A stretch of DNA of 64,000 nt from Guillardia theta CCMP2712. Taxonomy: Eukaryota; Protista; Cryptophyta. Position numbers and translations under genes: made by a program. Location of the stretch: the NCBI RefSeq assembly GCF_000315625.1, contig NW_005434589.1, forward strand, positions 137,330 to 201,329, in the 5' to 3' direction. Shown here piece after piece: positions 12,356 through 24,200 of this stretch; position 1 is the stretch's first letter, and each line of letters starts with the position of its first letter. The notes under the pieces are model-generated. The model was not told the DNA's origin and did no database searches. It saw nothing but the letters and a program-made list of their open reading frames with translations.

Positions 12356-14265
12356 TCAGAACGGCCTGTCCTTGTCTTGACTGAGCTGCGGCGCTGCCAT
12401 GTCGCTCGCCAGGCCTCGGAGGAGAGCCGTGCGGTCAGCCTGAGCCATTCGCTTTGCTGCGAACCCGGTGAGTGACCACGCGGCTGCTCTCAGGCATTCA
12501 CGCGATTACCGTTGGCGCAATACACCTTGGCTCCGGACGTGAGCTGCTCCGCGAGCTCAACCTACCAAGCGCTCAACGAGCAGAACTTGACCGGCATGAG
12601 GCTGGAGAGAACTGAGAGGCTGAGGACAGGGAGGTGTCACCTGCTCCGTTCGCAGCAAGTTGATCATGGGCATGGGAGATCGGCGCGAGAAATCATTCTG
12701 ATGAAGGTTGTCCTCGAAATTCATGACATCTTCAATCTGTTGCCGCCGCCACGTAAGGCTCGCAAGCAACGCGCCTAGAGCTGTCACCTCATAAAAGTTG
12801 AGCAACATAGATCGCAGCATGTTCTCCGGGGGCAGATGACCATGTCTGCGGCAAGATAGTAAGATCTATCATAACGCCAAATCGACATGTTCGATCATAA
12901 CGCCAATAGCCACTTCTTTGCTCTCACGTTGGGTCGTTGACAGGGAACACTGCTTCTCTCTCGTAGAAGGGATGGAAGAAGACAAGTGAAATATTTTTCT
13001 CCGCCTAACCAACAGTGAGCGAATGAGAGGGAAGGGAGGTGTAGAGAGGAAAGCCGAGGCCAGGGTGAAGGGTTGGGGGACCAAGGGAGGATGAAGAGAA
13101 GGGAAGGGTAAGGTGAGACCTTCAAGCTAAGGAGTGCATTCGAGATTACTCGCGAAGCTGCCGCATATCTCTGTCATGAGCGATGTCAGCTGAAGCTGCA
13201 TAGGAGGGGCAGCAACTCACAGGAAAGTCGTCTTGAGAGAAACAAGGAGTGAGGAGCAGGACTGTACTGAGCTCTGTCGGGTCTTTGGACTGGAAGAGTA
13301 TCAGCAAGGAACCTCGCAGCGGGTTTCTTGTACCAGCATATCGGAGATGGTGTTCCACAGCGCAGACAAGACATGTACCACGTGATCGGCATGACAGACA
13401 GGATAACCGATGGGACCTGGAGCGATGCCGACCTGAGGCCCGACAACAGTCAGCAACGACAAGGAGCTAAGCACTACCTTGGATAAGCCCGTGGCCGCTA
13501 CGCTGACGGACTGCGTGAAAGGGCAGACCCTCATGCCGATGATGACTCGCTCTACCCATCTCTGACAGCGAAGCACTGCCAACGATGAGGCCGCCAGCTC
13601 GAGCAGCGAGGCGTCAGAAGAAACCCTGGGAGACTTGCAGTCGATGACTAGGAGCCACGTCTCTCCTTTCTTCAGCGCCTGGACCTTCCAATCAACACGA
13701 TCGCGGGTCGACAAACCCTCCAGCTTCCCTTCCGTCAACCTGTTCATGCGATGGTCAGGCCGAAGCACCCTAGACGAAGCCCTACAGCATCATCGTCTCC
13801 GCGACCTTTCTGAGGATCTCTCCTTCTGCCTCCGGAAACGACAGCACCGACACGCCTTCCCCACGCTCAAGCCGTCGAGATGCCTCATTCCAGCAAGCTG
13901 CCGCTATGGCCACCACCTCGTGGTGATGGTATACCTTGACTTCTTCCGGCTGCTGCTCGAGCTGACTTCGGACCCAAGCGACGTGAGCGTCTGTTGCATC
14001 TCCTCTCCCGCTTGAACTTCGGAGCACAAAGCTTCGGCGTGATCCTGCTAGTTGTGCTAGTCGTGTTCCTTCCTTGAGCTGAACAGGACTGATCGACCGG
14101 AAACGAGGCATCAAGAGGAGGAGGACAAGGCAGGGGCTATCACCTCGCTGGTCGTGTGTTGGGCAGTAAGGTACCAGGAGCAAAGCCAGAGCAGTTTTCA
14201 AACGTTTTCATCAGGAAAATCAAGACCACGGAAAGAAAATGCCCTCTCTTCGAGTGAATAGTCAT
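12356..14265 (-). CDS. DUF1415-domain protein with a bipartite (signal + transit peptide) presequence; multi-exon
   Basis: Motifs RWVERVIIGMRVCPFT, FFHPFY, RRSPMPMINLLRTEQV and VYCANAKRM match the DUF1415 pattern W..V.IG.NLCPFA / FHP / RSP.P...LR / IY..N. The N-terminus is MTIHSKRGHFLSVVLIFLMKTFENCSG|FAP followed by an S/R/T-rich segment. Stop TGA at 12356-12358. Confidence 0.8.
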
Positions 14266-14299
14266 GTTTGCCTTGGATCTTGAGGGTAAATAATTGAGG

Positions 14300-14440
14300 G
14301 AGGTCTAGTAGAGGAGGGAGGAGGAAGGTCTAGTAGAAGAGGAGGGAAGAGGGAGGTCTAGTAGAGGAGGGAGAACGGAGGTCTCGCAGAGGAGGGAGGA
14401 GGGAGGCGGAGGAGGAGGAGGAGGAGGCGGAGGAGGAGGG
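14300..14440. repeat. Purine-rich minisatellite (gaggtctagtagaggaggg x3) plus GGA run
   Basis: Directly visible tandem units. Confidence 0.75.
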
Positions 14441-14805
14441 TCAGAGGATCGGAGTGTCTTGGTGTAACCTGCTCTTTCTGGTGGTCAGCATCTTTTGCGA
14501 GATCTTCAGCGTGTATCTCCTTCCACGAGTTTCCCTTGACTACCCCACCCCATGTCAGCCCCACATTCTTGCACCCTCCACCATTTTAGTCCCCACCCCT
14601 TATAACTGCTCATTATGATACACCCCGATTCAGTCGCTGAAATTAACCCCTACCTTTTTCATACCACCCTTTCTTCCCGACACCCCACCCACTACTTTAC
14701 TTCAGCGTGGGCAGACTGAACTCTACAAAGGATGCGGGCTAGCTCTCCCTGTTCCTCTCGTTGTTCCTCTCTCACTGCTTCTGATCGCCCCTCCCCTCCT
14801 CACAA

Positions 14806-14915
14806 TGTCTAGGAGAGATTCCTTGCTTTGTAGTTACCTCAGGTTCCCTTCCTTGTGGTGTCTAGGAGAGATTCCTTGTCCTTGTAGCTACCTCAGGTCC
14901 CCCCCTTCTTGCGTG
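14806..14915. repeat. Tandem duplication of about 53 bp
   Basis: tgtctaggagagattccttg..tgtag.tacctcagg occurs twice. Confidence 0.8.
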
Positions 14916-15256
14916 TCCTTTTCGAATTCAGAGTCAGTCTCCGCTATTGCTCTCTCTTTGGATCACTCGCTAGCTGAAGAGAAGCGATCAGCAGGTAACC
15001 TAGCTGATGAGGAGGATTGGTGCGGCTCTCTCAGACTTACAAACGCCAACAAGGCTTTACGTCATTGCTATCTCACACACACATTCACAATCTCAACAAC
15101 CCTCCATCCTTTCTAAACATCTCGAGCTCGAGCATGATCACGCGTTTGCATGAGCATCTCTTTTGAGTTGATTATCTGCAGCAGAATGATCAGACAGCTA
15201 AGAGAAAAAACATCCAACATCACACGACCTGCTTCCGTCCCGTCAGCTTCCTCCTC

Positions 15257-18200
15257 CTATGTATCAGCCTTGCTTCCAAGGAAGCTGCGAACGTTTGCAT
15301 GGAAGCTTTGCCAAGTAGCGGCAAGAGGATTCGCTGGAGCTTCGTTGGCATCTTGAGTCTGCTCGGAGGATTTTTCAAGCTCAAACGTCTGGATGATCTC
15401 TTCTATCTCAGCAAGTCCACGCTGTGAAGAAAAGATTGAGATCAGGCTATCACAACCACCACCATCATAAGAGCATCACCTGCAGCTCTGTTATCTTTTT
15501 ATGCATTTCAATCTCTTCGGGGCTAGGCTGTTCCTCAACCTCTTGGGCCTTTTCCTCGCCGATTTCCCCATTCCCTTGTTGCAGATCAACTTGAATATCT
15601 GCGCTGTCCACTTTTGTATCTGCATCAGCCAACGACTTATGCCCCGGAGCAGGTTTTCTGAGCATCAGGTCGGAGCTCACAGAAACCATGGAGTTCTTGC
15701 GGGAGCCAGCGACCGACAGTTCCTTCTTCTTGAGGCAAGGCTTCATGCAGTACATCACCAGCGCAATGATCTGCTCCAACAGCCCCACGCACAGCCCAGC
15801 AAAGAGAAGAGCCATGATCAAAGTGAACAACCCTTGAATGTTGGAGAACGTCAGCTGAATGGAGCCCCCAGCTAACGAGCTGCACGACATGGTTGAGAGC
15901 CCCGGAATGTTGTTGTCTTCTATCGAAGCCAGCAGTCCGATCTGCTTAATGTACTCGATCGCCTGACTGAAACCCTGATAGTCCGTGCTGTTCCGATGAA
16001 ACACCAGGCCGTACCCGAAAGGATTGAAAATGTTGCCAGCTGTCACAACAGAACCAGAGATTGCATACCACTTGTTGTTGTTGGGGTTTTGACATTTCTT
16101 TGCAGAGTCTCGGGTAGGGCAAACACAAGATTCCTGGTCTATTTTTGTCCGATCGGTGCAATATCCCCCCTGCAAGTCGATTGAGCATTTATGGAAGAAG
16201 ATGAATAATGAGCAACTCTTACACCATCCCCGCACATTCCCGATGAATACAGTCGGTTCATGTAGTAGAGAACTGTGGGTTCGTCGAAAAAGGTTGCTGT
16301 GGCCTGCAAGTATGAAAATCAATTCCTATGAAACAATCTCAAATCATCCTTCGACCTTGCCCGTATAGACTGAAAACAAGCAATCCTGATAATTACATCG
16401 GTCAAACTTCACTCGATACAGTCACGACAACAACCTCGATGGTGCTGTTTGTTATGATATTGAAGTTTGACTGGCCTGTACCAATAAGGTCTGATTTTTT
16501 CACATCAAGCCAGCTCTGCATAGATGGGTTCAAGGTTGAAATGCAAATTGAGTTTTTCTGACACAACACATAATCAGAATGTTTTCCTATACGACGGTGG
16601 TGAAAGGATCACCTTACCTTGTTGTAATAAAAGGAAGCAGGGTCAACGAAGTCATCGAATTGAGTAACTTTCGTTTGCATGGGGATCGTGAACAAGAAGG
16701 TAGCGAGGTTTCCGGTGTACATGGAGACGAGGATGAGAGCGAACAGCAACTGGAAGGAAACCACGAGTCTTCCAGCGTTGGTCGTGGGCGCCTTGTCCCC
16801 AGCCCCCAAGAGCAGAGTGAAGGACCTGACAGATAGGGCTTAGTGTGCGAAACAAGAGGGGAGGGGAGGGCTCAGTGGGAGTATTTCCCACCAGTAGATC
16901 GCATCGTACGACTGCGAAATAAGGTTCCAGATAATCTTCACGATCCTCTCGCACAATCCCAGCTGTAAATCTTCAATCGCTGGCGAACCCCAAAGATCCT
17001 TCGGCAGGTTTCAGTTTGCTGCGACAGAGAGATTGATCATCAAGACCTGGTTTGTTCCGTACCCTTCTGTCCACATGAATAAAACCCCACAAAGTATGAT
17101 TTCGATCACTGAGCATCACACAATTCAGGGTGAGAAGTTTGATCTGGAAGAAAACAATCATTGTTCCTACCGACAAGGAACCAAAGTAGCCAGTCAAATG
17201 GATCAAACGCTGCCATAAAGGAAGGATTCGACTTGATCAAAGTCAGGAGACATGAGAATAAGATTCTTTCAAGAACCTTTGACTCTAGAACTGCCATCAC
17301 AAATCCGCTCTCCATGAACGGTTGTGTCAATCGATAAGTCTTCGTGCTGTGCAACCATGATCAGAATAGTCTTTCAAAGATAGTACCATGAATGACTCTC
17401 ACATATCTGATGTGATCTTAACTGGCCCAACAACCATACACCTGTAGCCAAAGCTCACACAAGTTCATTCAAGAACCATGACAATCAACCTGTCTTCAGC
17501 GCCGCACATATCTGCAATGCTGCCAAAATATCCAGGTGCTGTCATTGGCCTTGATTACTTTCTGATACTGTTATTTGACATCGTTACACTCACTTCCAGA
17601 GAACAAGTTCAGAGACTCGTTCTTTGTAGGCGTGTTGCAGTACTCTGACACTCGGTCAATGAAGGAAAATAGAACATGCTGACCATCACTCTGAGAATTA
17701 TAAAGCTGGACGTTGCACGGGTAGTAGTACTTGAAAGAGACTCCCATCTTTGAACTTGCGGTCAATCATGTATAGGGGAACAGACTTCATCTTACGGTGG
17801 TTGACAGTGCGCCGAGCATGTCGATGCTGGTTCCTACATGTCAGCAGCGTAGACACAGAGGGCACAAGGCCAGCAACACCTCAGCCCAGAAAGTTTTCCG
17901 TTCCCGGGTGTTCTTGTTTGATTCAGGTTCCCAGGATCCTGGTCAGCAGGATTTGTGCTGTTAGCAAAGTAGTCTTGAATCGAGACGAAGGGAGGATCCT
18001 GCTCAGCTTGTCAGCTAATGTCCTTTCGCCATGCAGCATCACATGGTAAATGATTGCAGAGTACGTGTAGCCATCAAAGCTCGCCAGAGGCTTCTGTGTC
18101 GAAGGATCATAGAAAACTTTCGCCGAATCGAGATGAGGCTTCCTGCATGCCCAAGTCACTCGCTTCAAGTCTGAGAATTGCCGATCAGCTACTTTTGCGA

Positions 18201-18545
18201 AGCAGCTTGGTTCTTCATTACAAACTCTTTCATGGAAGTCATATACTCCTTGAATTTCGTGATCTGACGTTTGTTCATCTTGCTAACTCCAGCATCAACT
18301 TCTTGCAGCAATTGATTCACGTCCAAGTCAACCGCGTTGCCCTCAAGCTGCTTCGAAACGAACGGGGAAAGACTGCGGAGCGATCGGAGGTCGGTTTGGT
18401 TGTCTGCGTTGATTCTGCTAGACGGTGATTGAAGACGAGGAGAAGGGAGCACATGATCGTTCGGATGCGCCTGCTCGCTCGCTCTCCCTCCCACAATCGC
18501 CACGGCCAACACCAGGACCGAACGCAGCGGCATGGCAGTCGGCAT
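15257..18545 (-). CDS. Ionotropic glutamate receptor-like (GLR/iGluR) ligand-gated channel; multi-exon
   Basis: Signal peptide MPTAMPLRSVLVLAVAIVGGRAS. S1 segment TQPFMESG; pre-M1/M1 AFDPFDWLLWFL; pore GAGDKAPTTNAGRLV; M3 SMYTGNLATFL (canonical SYTANLAAF); S2 FGYGLVF; M4 QLTFSNIQGLFTLIMALLFAGLCVGLLE. The last exon ends ...GSKADT* at 15257. Confidence 0.9.
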
Positions 18546-19414
18546 GGGGAAGAAAGTGGCACAAAAGGCCTGCAGGAGACGTCGGAAAGCGGGGTGGAAG
18601 ATGGGAGATTGAGGGGTCCCGAATCAAATCAAGAGGGGGTAGGGGGTATACATAGATGGGGGTAGGGGTGTCAGGATATATTCGGAGAATTGGCTTGTAG
18701 AAACATGAAGATAGACCTGGGGTAGGGGTGGTGTAGCCCCTACCTACCAGATATCGGGGTACTGCGAGTGACAAATTGGGGGTGGTCTGAATGGAATTTT
18801 TGTGCATTGAGGAGGGTGGGGGGTCCTTTGTCAGTAAGGTTGGGAGTGTTCCAATGAAAGGTGGGGTGGGGTGGTCAGTAACTTTCAATTCAACGGGATG
18901 CGACCAAGGAAAAATTCATGAGGAGAAGAGGACGGGAGGAAGGAAGGTGGAGAGGAGAGGAGGGACTGAGGGACTTGGAGAGAGGGAGATCAGAGGGGGG
19001 GGCAAGATGACGAGTAGGAAGGGGATCAAAAGACAAAGAGGTTGAGCCGAAAGAATGTAACTTGTAGAATCGAATATCCGATGAGATTGGAGATTTTGAA
19101 AAAATCAATGATGAAACGACTCGAAAATTCAAGAAAGGGTGAATGATGCATGCATGATAGTTCTTCAGTCAAAATTTGTTATTTCTGTGAAACTTTCTTT
19201 TATTTTAGAGATATCAAAGACATTCGAATGAATGAATGAACATCTCGGAATGGCTAGATGGATGTACAATGCATACTGCACAAATTTCTTCCACTCCGCA
19301 TCTGAAAGTAGTTTTCAAAATTTTGATAGACTTTCGATGTCATGAAACGATTTGACACTCTGCTGTTGTACAGATGCTGTCAGTGTACAGGAACAACCAC
19401 CTTTGTTGGTTGAG

Positions 19415-22400
19415 ATGACAAGAACTTTTGCGCAATTCGAAACCTCGCCAGGACTAGAACTACAGGCAACGAGCAAGACTGTACCTGCATGGATGAGCAG
19501 AGGTCGATGATTTTGTATGCAGACAAGATGTCTTGGTGTTGATCAGATGTGTCTTTCAGGTCAGCGACTCAGAAGCAAGGTCATCAGGACACTTGCAGAT
19601 GACTCCTCCGACGAGGACGATGGCCCGAGGTTCTCCTCCAGCGACCGCCCCTCGTCCTCCATCGTCGCGTCGGGTCACCCGCCCAGCAGCTCTCTGTGGT
19701 TTGCCGCTATTCAGAATCGGAGTCAACCTGCCCTGAGATCCTCCTTGCGATCAAGGAGAGTCGACAACCTCAGCTCGTCTTGCTCACAGCCTGAAACCAA
19801 AGTGAAGGCTGGTCACGATGAGAGCGGCACTGCTTCTCCCGATACCAAGGTGCCATCAAGACTTGAGAGACTGAGTAGCCTCCGCAATCGAGCTGCAACA
19901 GTGTCTCATGAATCGGTTTCCAACACGATAGAGCCAGATGGTGGGCGGAATGCAGAATCTTGGAGGCTTCAGACATTCGCCGAAGCCATGGGAAGCGATG
20001 GAGCTGGCTACGTCTTGCAGCAGCAAATGGTTACACACCTTTACGAGTTTTGTTGTTGCGATTTCACTGAACCTTTCACTAGGTGAAGGTTCCTATCCAA
20101 GCAAGGCATCCGTTGCTTGCTCACGAAATTCGCGGTACACTGAAACGATCTCCTGATCACCTAACTGCAACGAATGTCGTGAAGTTACGTAGAGGAATTG
20201 TTCTCACAAACAACCAAGTTTCAAATGTTCGTCACTTAGTCGGAATTGGACCCCGGGCAATCATCATAGTGGATGACAAAAAGGTTTCACCTCGATGCGA
20301 TCTACTACAAATAGCAGACGAAATGAGGATACCTATCTTTACAATGTCCTCCCGATATGCCTCTAAATTGAAATCAGATCATGTCGTGGTGATTTGTTAT
20401 GACCCCGCTGAAAATTGTTCAAGTGCAAGCTCCACAAGGCATGAAAAGATGCCCCGACAACATGACGTCACAGCTTTGCCGCAAGCCGGGCGTGCGGAGG
20501 TTCATCTTGGCGACGATTCAGGTCTGCTGTCCATTGGCTTGAAGACCTGCGATCTGACTGAATGACAGATGATGATGACTTGCTGCTTCCGGCTGCAAGT
20601 TTGGCTCATGCTGGGGTTAGAGTGTCTGCTGAGGGTGGCGAAGCATCACAAGGCCTGACCTCTGTCAATGAAACTTCCCATCTCGTTCAACAAACGATCC
20701 TCAACGATACTCTGGAACCCAGCTTGCTTGAAAACAGCCATGCCGTTTCACATGGCTTTCCAATCTTCACCAAACTTTGTAATGGCTCTGAGCAAAAGGA
20801 GGACACTCCTGAGGAGGAGAGTGCTTTTATCATGGGACTGGTCAAGTCGCTCCTTCAGGAAGACCCCCATACTCTTGCTGGATATCTCGAAAAGGCAGAC
20901 GAGATCTGGAAAAATCAGGAGACAAAGTTGTTATGGCATCGTGCGATATTGGAGATGAAAGATTTGCTCTTGGAACAAATGAAATCTGAAGTCTTGAGTA
21001 CAAGGCGAGAATTTGTGACTCGGCTGAGAAATCTGTGCAGAATTGATGATAATATAATCGTCAAGGAAGTACTGGAAGACTTGTGCTGCAACTCAAACGT
21101 CTTTCTTTTCTTGTTGACCATTATACAAGAGACGATCTCTGACGAGACGTTTCATTACAAGAAGATGCAGATCGACGCAGCAGCTTGTCTAAGGCAACTT
21201 GCTCTTTACACCAAACAGCGTAGAATTCATCTGAAGGAGACTCCTGAAATCCTGCAGAAAGCAGCAGAAGTACTAGGCAAGGATGGGGACTTTGAATTCA
21301 AGCAGAGGCTTGTTGCTTTCGTGGCGAACTTGTCGATCGATGACCCGGGAATACGTGAGGTGATGGTGAGGAATAGCGACCTCTTGAACAGCATGAAGGA
21401 TCTCTTGGAGCATGCAGACCAGAGCGCAATCAATGAGAATGTGCTTGCAGTCTTCTTCAACCTCTCGATGGATGTCCAACAAACCCAACGGATCTTGAAA
21501 TTCATCCCCATGCAGCGACTGATCGATGTCCTACTCAATGGCAGCCCGAAAGCCAAGTACCGGGCAGCAGGGCTGCTGAAGAATCTACTCAAGAACATCG
21601 AGCTGCATGACGTTCTCAGTCGCACAGAGAGCATCCGAGAGGCTGTCGCTCATGCGATGGCGCGAGGTGACGATGAGACTCGGCAGCGAGCGACATCCGT
21701 GCTCAAGACGTTGGAGGGGACCTTGAGGAGGAGTGCAGCAAGCCAAGAAGAGGATCATGGCGCCGTGCAGTCCGCTAGCACGAGGCTGCTCAAAGTTGGG
21801 ATCTTGCAGGGCACCGTTGCAGGTAGTGCAGAGGAGGCGGGAGAAGCTTCAGGTACATCTCTCCCCTCCTCCTCTCCCTTCCTCCCTCCCCTTCCCTCAT
21901 CCTCCCCTTTCCTCTCCCGCTCTCCCGCTCTCGTCTGCCTCATGGCGTGATTTGATCGGCAGGCCACGTCAACGTCATGTTGTGCCGGGTGGGTCAGGAG
22001 CCGCAGGTCTTCCATACGGCCCGAGTGAGAGCTCAGGACGGCAGGTGGGTTTGGAACGAGGAGCTGATGCTGATGGTGGAGGAGGAGCGAGCGGATCAGG
22101 TTGAGCTCAAGATGAGCTGCCGAGTAGAGAAGCCGTCGGGGATGGAGATCGGAGACGCGGAGCCGATACCCCTCAGCTACATCCTCTCCTTGCAAGACTT
22201 GTGCCTCACCTGCCCCGCCTACTCCCGACGTGACGACAACTTAGTGGTGATGCGGATGGAAGTCACTCTTTCCCTCCTCGACCAGGGCCAGCCCTCGCAC
22301 GTTGCAGCTCCTCCTCTTCCTCGCTCCGAGGACCAGCAGCCCTCCAACGTGCCCTGCTCGGAGCAGCTGAACCTGCTGTCCTACGAGTGGAAGCGAAGTC

Positions 22401-22915
22401 TCATCGCCAACTCAGACTGTCAGAAGCTCATCGCCCAGACTTGTGCCGTGGCCGCGTCGCTCGACGAGAACAGCCACCTGCAGATGCCGGAGAAGTGGAC
22501 GATGTACAGCAAGCTGCTGGCGCTGGTGCTGGACATGTGCTCTCACGACCCCAAGAACACGGAATACCTTCTTGCCCATGACAAGTTCCTCCAGCAACTC
22601 ATCAGCCTCCTGCAACCTCTGCAACCCTCGGCTCCCCCTACGAGCAGCAGCAGCAGCAGCAGTTGCAGCAGCAGCAGTTGCGGTAGCAGCAGGGCGCAGA
22701 GGAAGGCCGAGAGAGCCAACGAGACCAGATGTCGCAAGCTTGCAACAAACTTGCTTGCCATGTGCGCCGCCAAGACGGAGAATCGAGCCCGAGTGATGGG
22801 CGTGTTTGAGATGTTGCGCGCAAAAACCTGGTATAAGGCCAAGGCAGAAGAAGCGAAAGAGTTTGCGAATTATGACAGTGAAGAGAGAGAAAGTATAGTT
22901 GAAGCTATGAATTAA
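19415..22915 (+). CDS. Multidomain protein: PA-like domain, armadillo/ARM-like repeats, C2 domain, C-terminal helical region; 5' end uncertain
   Basis: ORFs 19517, 20083, 20562 and 21977 can be joined by short GT-AG introns. ARM-like units LVAFVANLSIDD, LAVFFNLSMD, AKYRAAGLLKNL, RQRATSVLKTL. C2-like LKVGILQG...CRVGQEPQVFHT...WVWNEELML...EIG. PA-like RAIIIVDD...IPIFTMSSRYASKL. Confidence 0.7.
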
Positions 22916-23099
22916 ATAAACAACAGCAGATCTGTTTGTGCAATTCATGGTGAATGTGAATGCTGATTAAGCGAGGAATAGCGAGGCGAGGCAGGTAGAA
23001 AGAATTACAGGAGAGAAGGGATCACAAGGCCAGGAGGGAGCAAGGAAGGAAGGAATCACAAGAAACAAACGTTGCTTTCTTTTCTTGCGATGAGGTATC

Positions 23100-23427
23100 T
23101 CATCGGATTTCGGGAAGGTGACCATACTTCTGCCGTATTGCTGCATCGCGGTCAGCTACTTGGCTCCCCCCCTCGCGCTACCTCGTTGTCCTGCCTCGTA
23201 CTCCTCGTCGGTCAACACGCCCTGCTTGTGATGCAGCTTGACCTGCTCGAGCTCAGCTTTTCGCTGCACGTAGTCGCCTTCTATGCTCTTAGCATACTTG
23301 AGGGACGGTGACCTAGTTGCTCATCAGGAACAAGCACCATCTCCGTCTCTCCTTACCAGATGTAGCCAGCAGAGAGCATGCCAGCACACGCTGCGATGAA
23401 GTATTGCAGGGAACTATTCCTGTACAT
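23100..23427 (-). CDS. Small single-TM protein with a SHOCT-like C-terminus (3 exons seen; an upstream exon is possible)
   Basis: Splicing at two GT-AG introns gives MYRNSSLQYFIAACAGMLSAGYIWSPSLKYAKSIEGDYVQRKAELEQVKLHHKQGVLTDEEYEAGQRAIRQKYGHLPEIR*. Confidence 0.55.
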
Positions 23428-23775
23428 CCTGATCCCAACTCAACAATACTGAGCGATCCCCTTTCATCGCCCTCTCCTCTCTCCTTAACCCCCCCACCAC
23501 CTCTCTCCTCCGCATTTCTTCGCATCCCTCCCTCCTTTTCCCCCTCATCCCTCTCCTCCTGTCTCTCCTCATCCCTCCTCTCCTCCTCTCTCTCTCCTCC
23601 TCTCCTCTCTTCTTCTCCTCTCCTCTTCTCTCCCTCCCCTCCCTTCTTATCCCCCCTCCCCCGGTGTCCCCGCATGGCGCGATGTAACAAATAAAGCCTC
23701 GTTGCCTGATAACTAAAATCCATGAGGGGAGCCGTTGATCCCTGTCAAGGACGAGAGCGATGCGAGAGAACGAGT

Positions 23776-24110
23776 TGGGGAGGGGAGGGGAGGGGAGGGG
23801 AGGTGGAGGGGAGGGGAGGGAGGGAGGGAGGGGAGGGAGGGAGGGAGGGAGGGAGGGAGGGAGGGAGGGAGGGAGGGAGGGAGGGAGGGAGGGAGGGAGG
23901 GAGGGAGGGAGGGAGGGAGGGAGGGAGGGAGGGAGGGANNNNNNNNNNNNNNNNNNNNNNNNNNNNNNNNNNNNNNNNNNNNNNNNNNNNNNNNNNNNNN
24001 NNNNNNNNNNNNNNNNNNNNNNNNNNNNNNNNNNNNNNGGGAGGGAGGGAAGCAGGGAGGGAAGCAGGGAGGGAAGCAGGGAGGGAGGGGGCAGGGGAAG
24101 CAGGGAAGGA
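23776..24110. repeat. (GGGA)n microsatellite flanking a 100-N assembly gap (23939-24038)
   Basis: Long perfect GGGA run, then Ns, then gggaagcagggag units. Confidence 0.97.
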
Positions 24111-24200
24111 GCGTGTGTGCGAACTGCACAGTGGGATCTGATAGAGCATTCAACATGTTTATTCCTTCACTTGTCTTAGCTTCTCGCTCTTTCTTCATCT

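Noticed and set aside
14806-14915. CRISPR-like direct repeats
   Set aside because: Only two adjacent copies without unique spacers, no cas genes, eukaryotic context.
23313-23723. ORF containing IVELGSGCTGIV, resembling SAM-methyltransferase motif I
   Set aside because: No downstream methyltransferase motifs. The segment straddles a splice acceptor and a GA-rich tract, and another frame gives a coherent TM+SHOCT protein.
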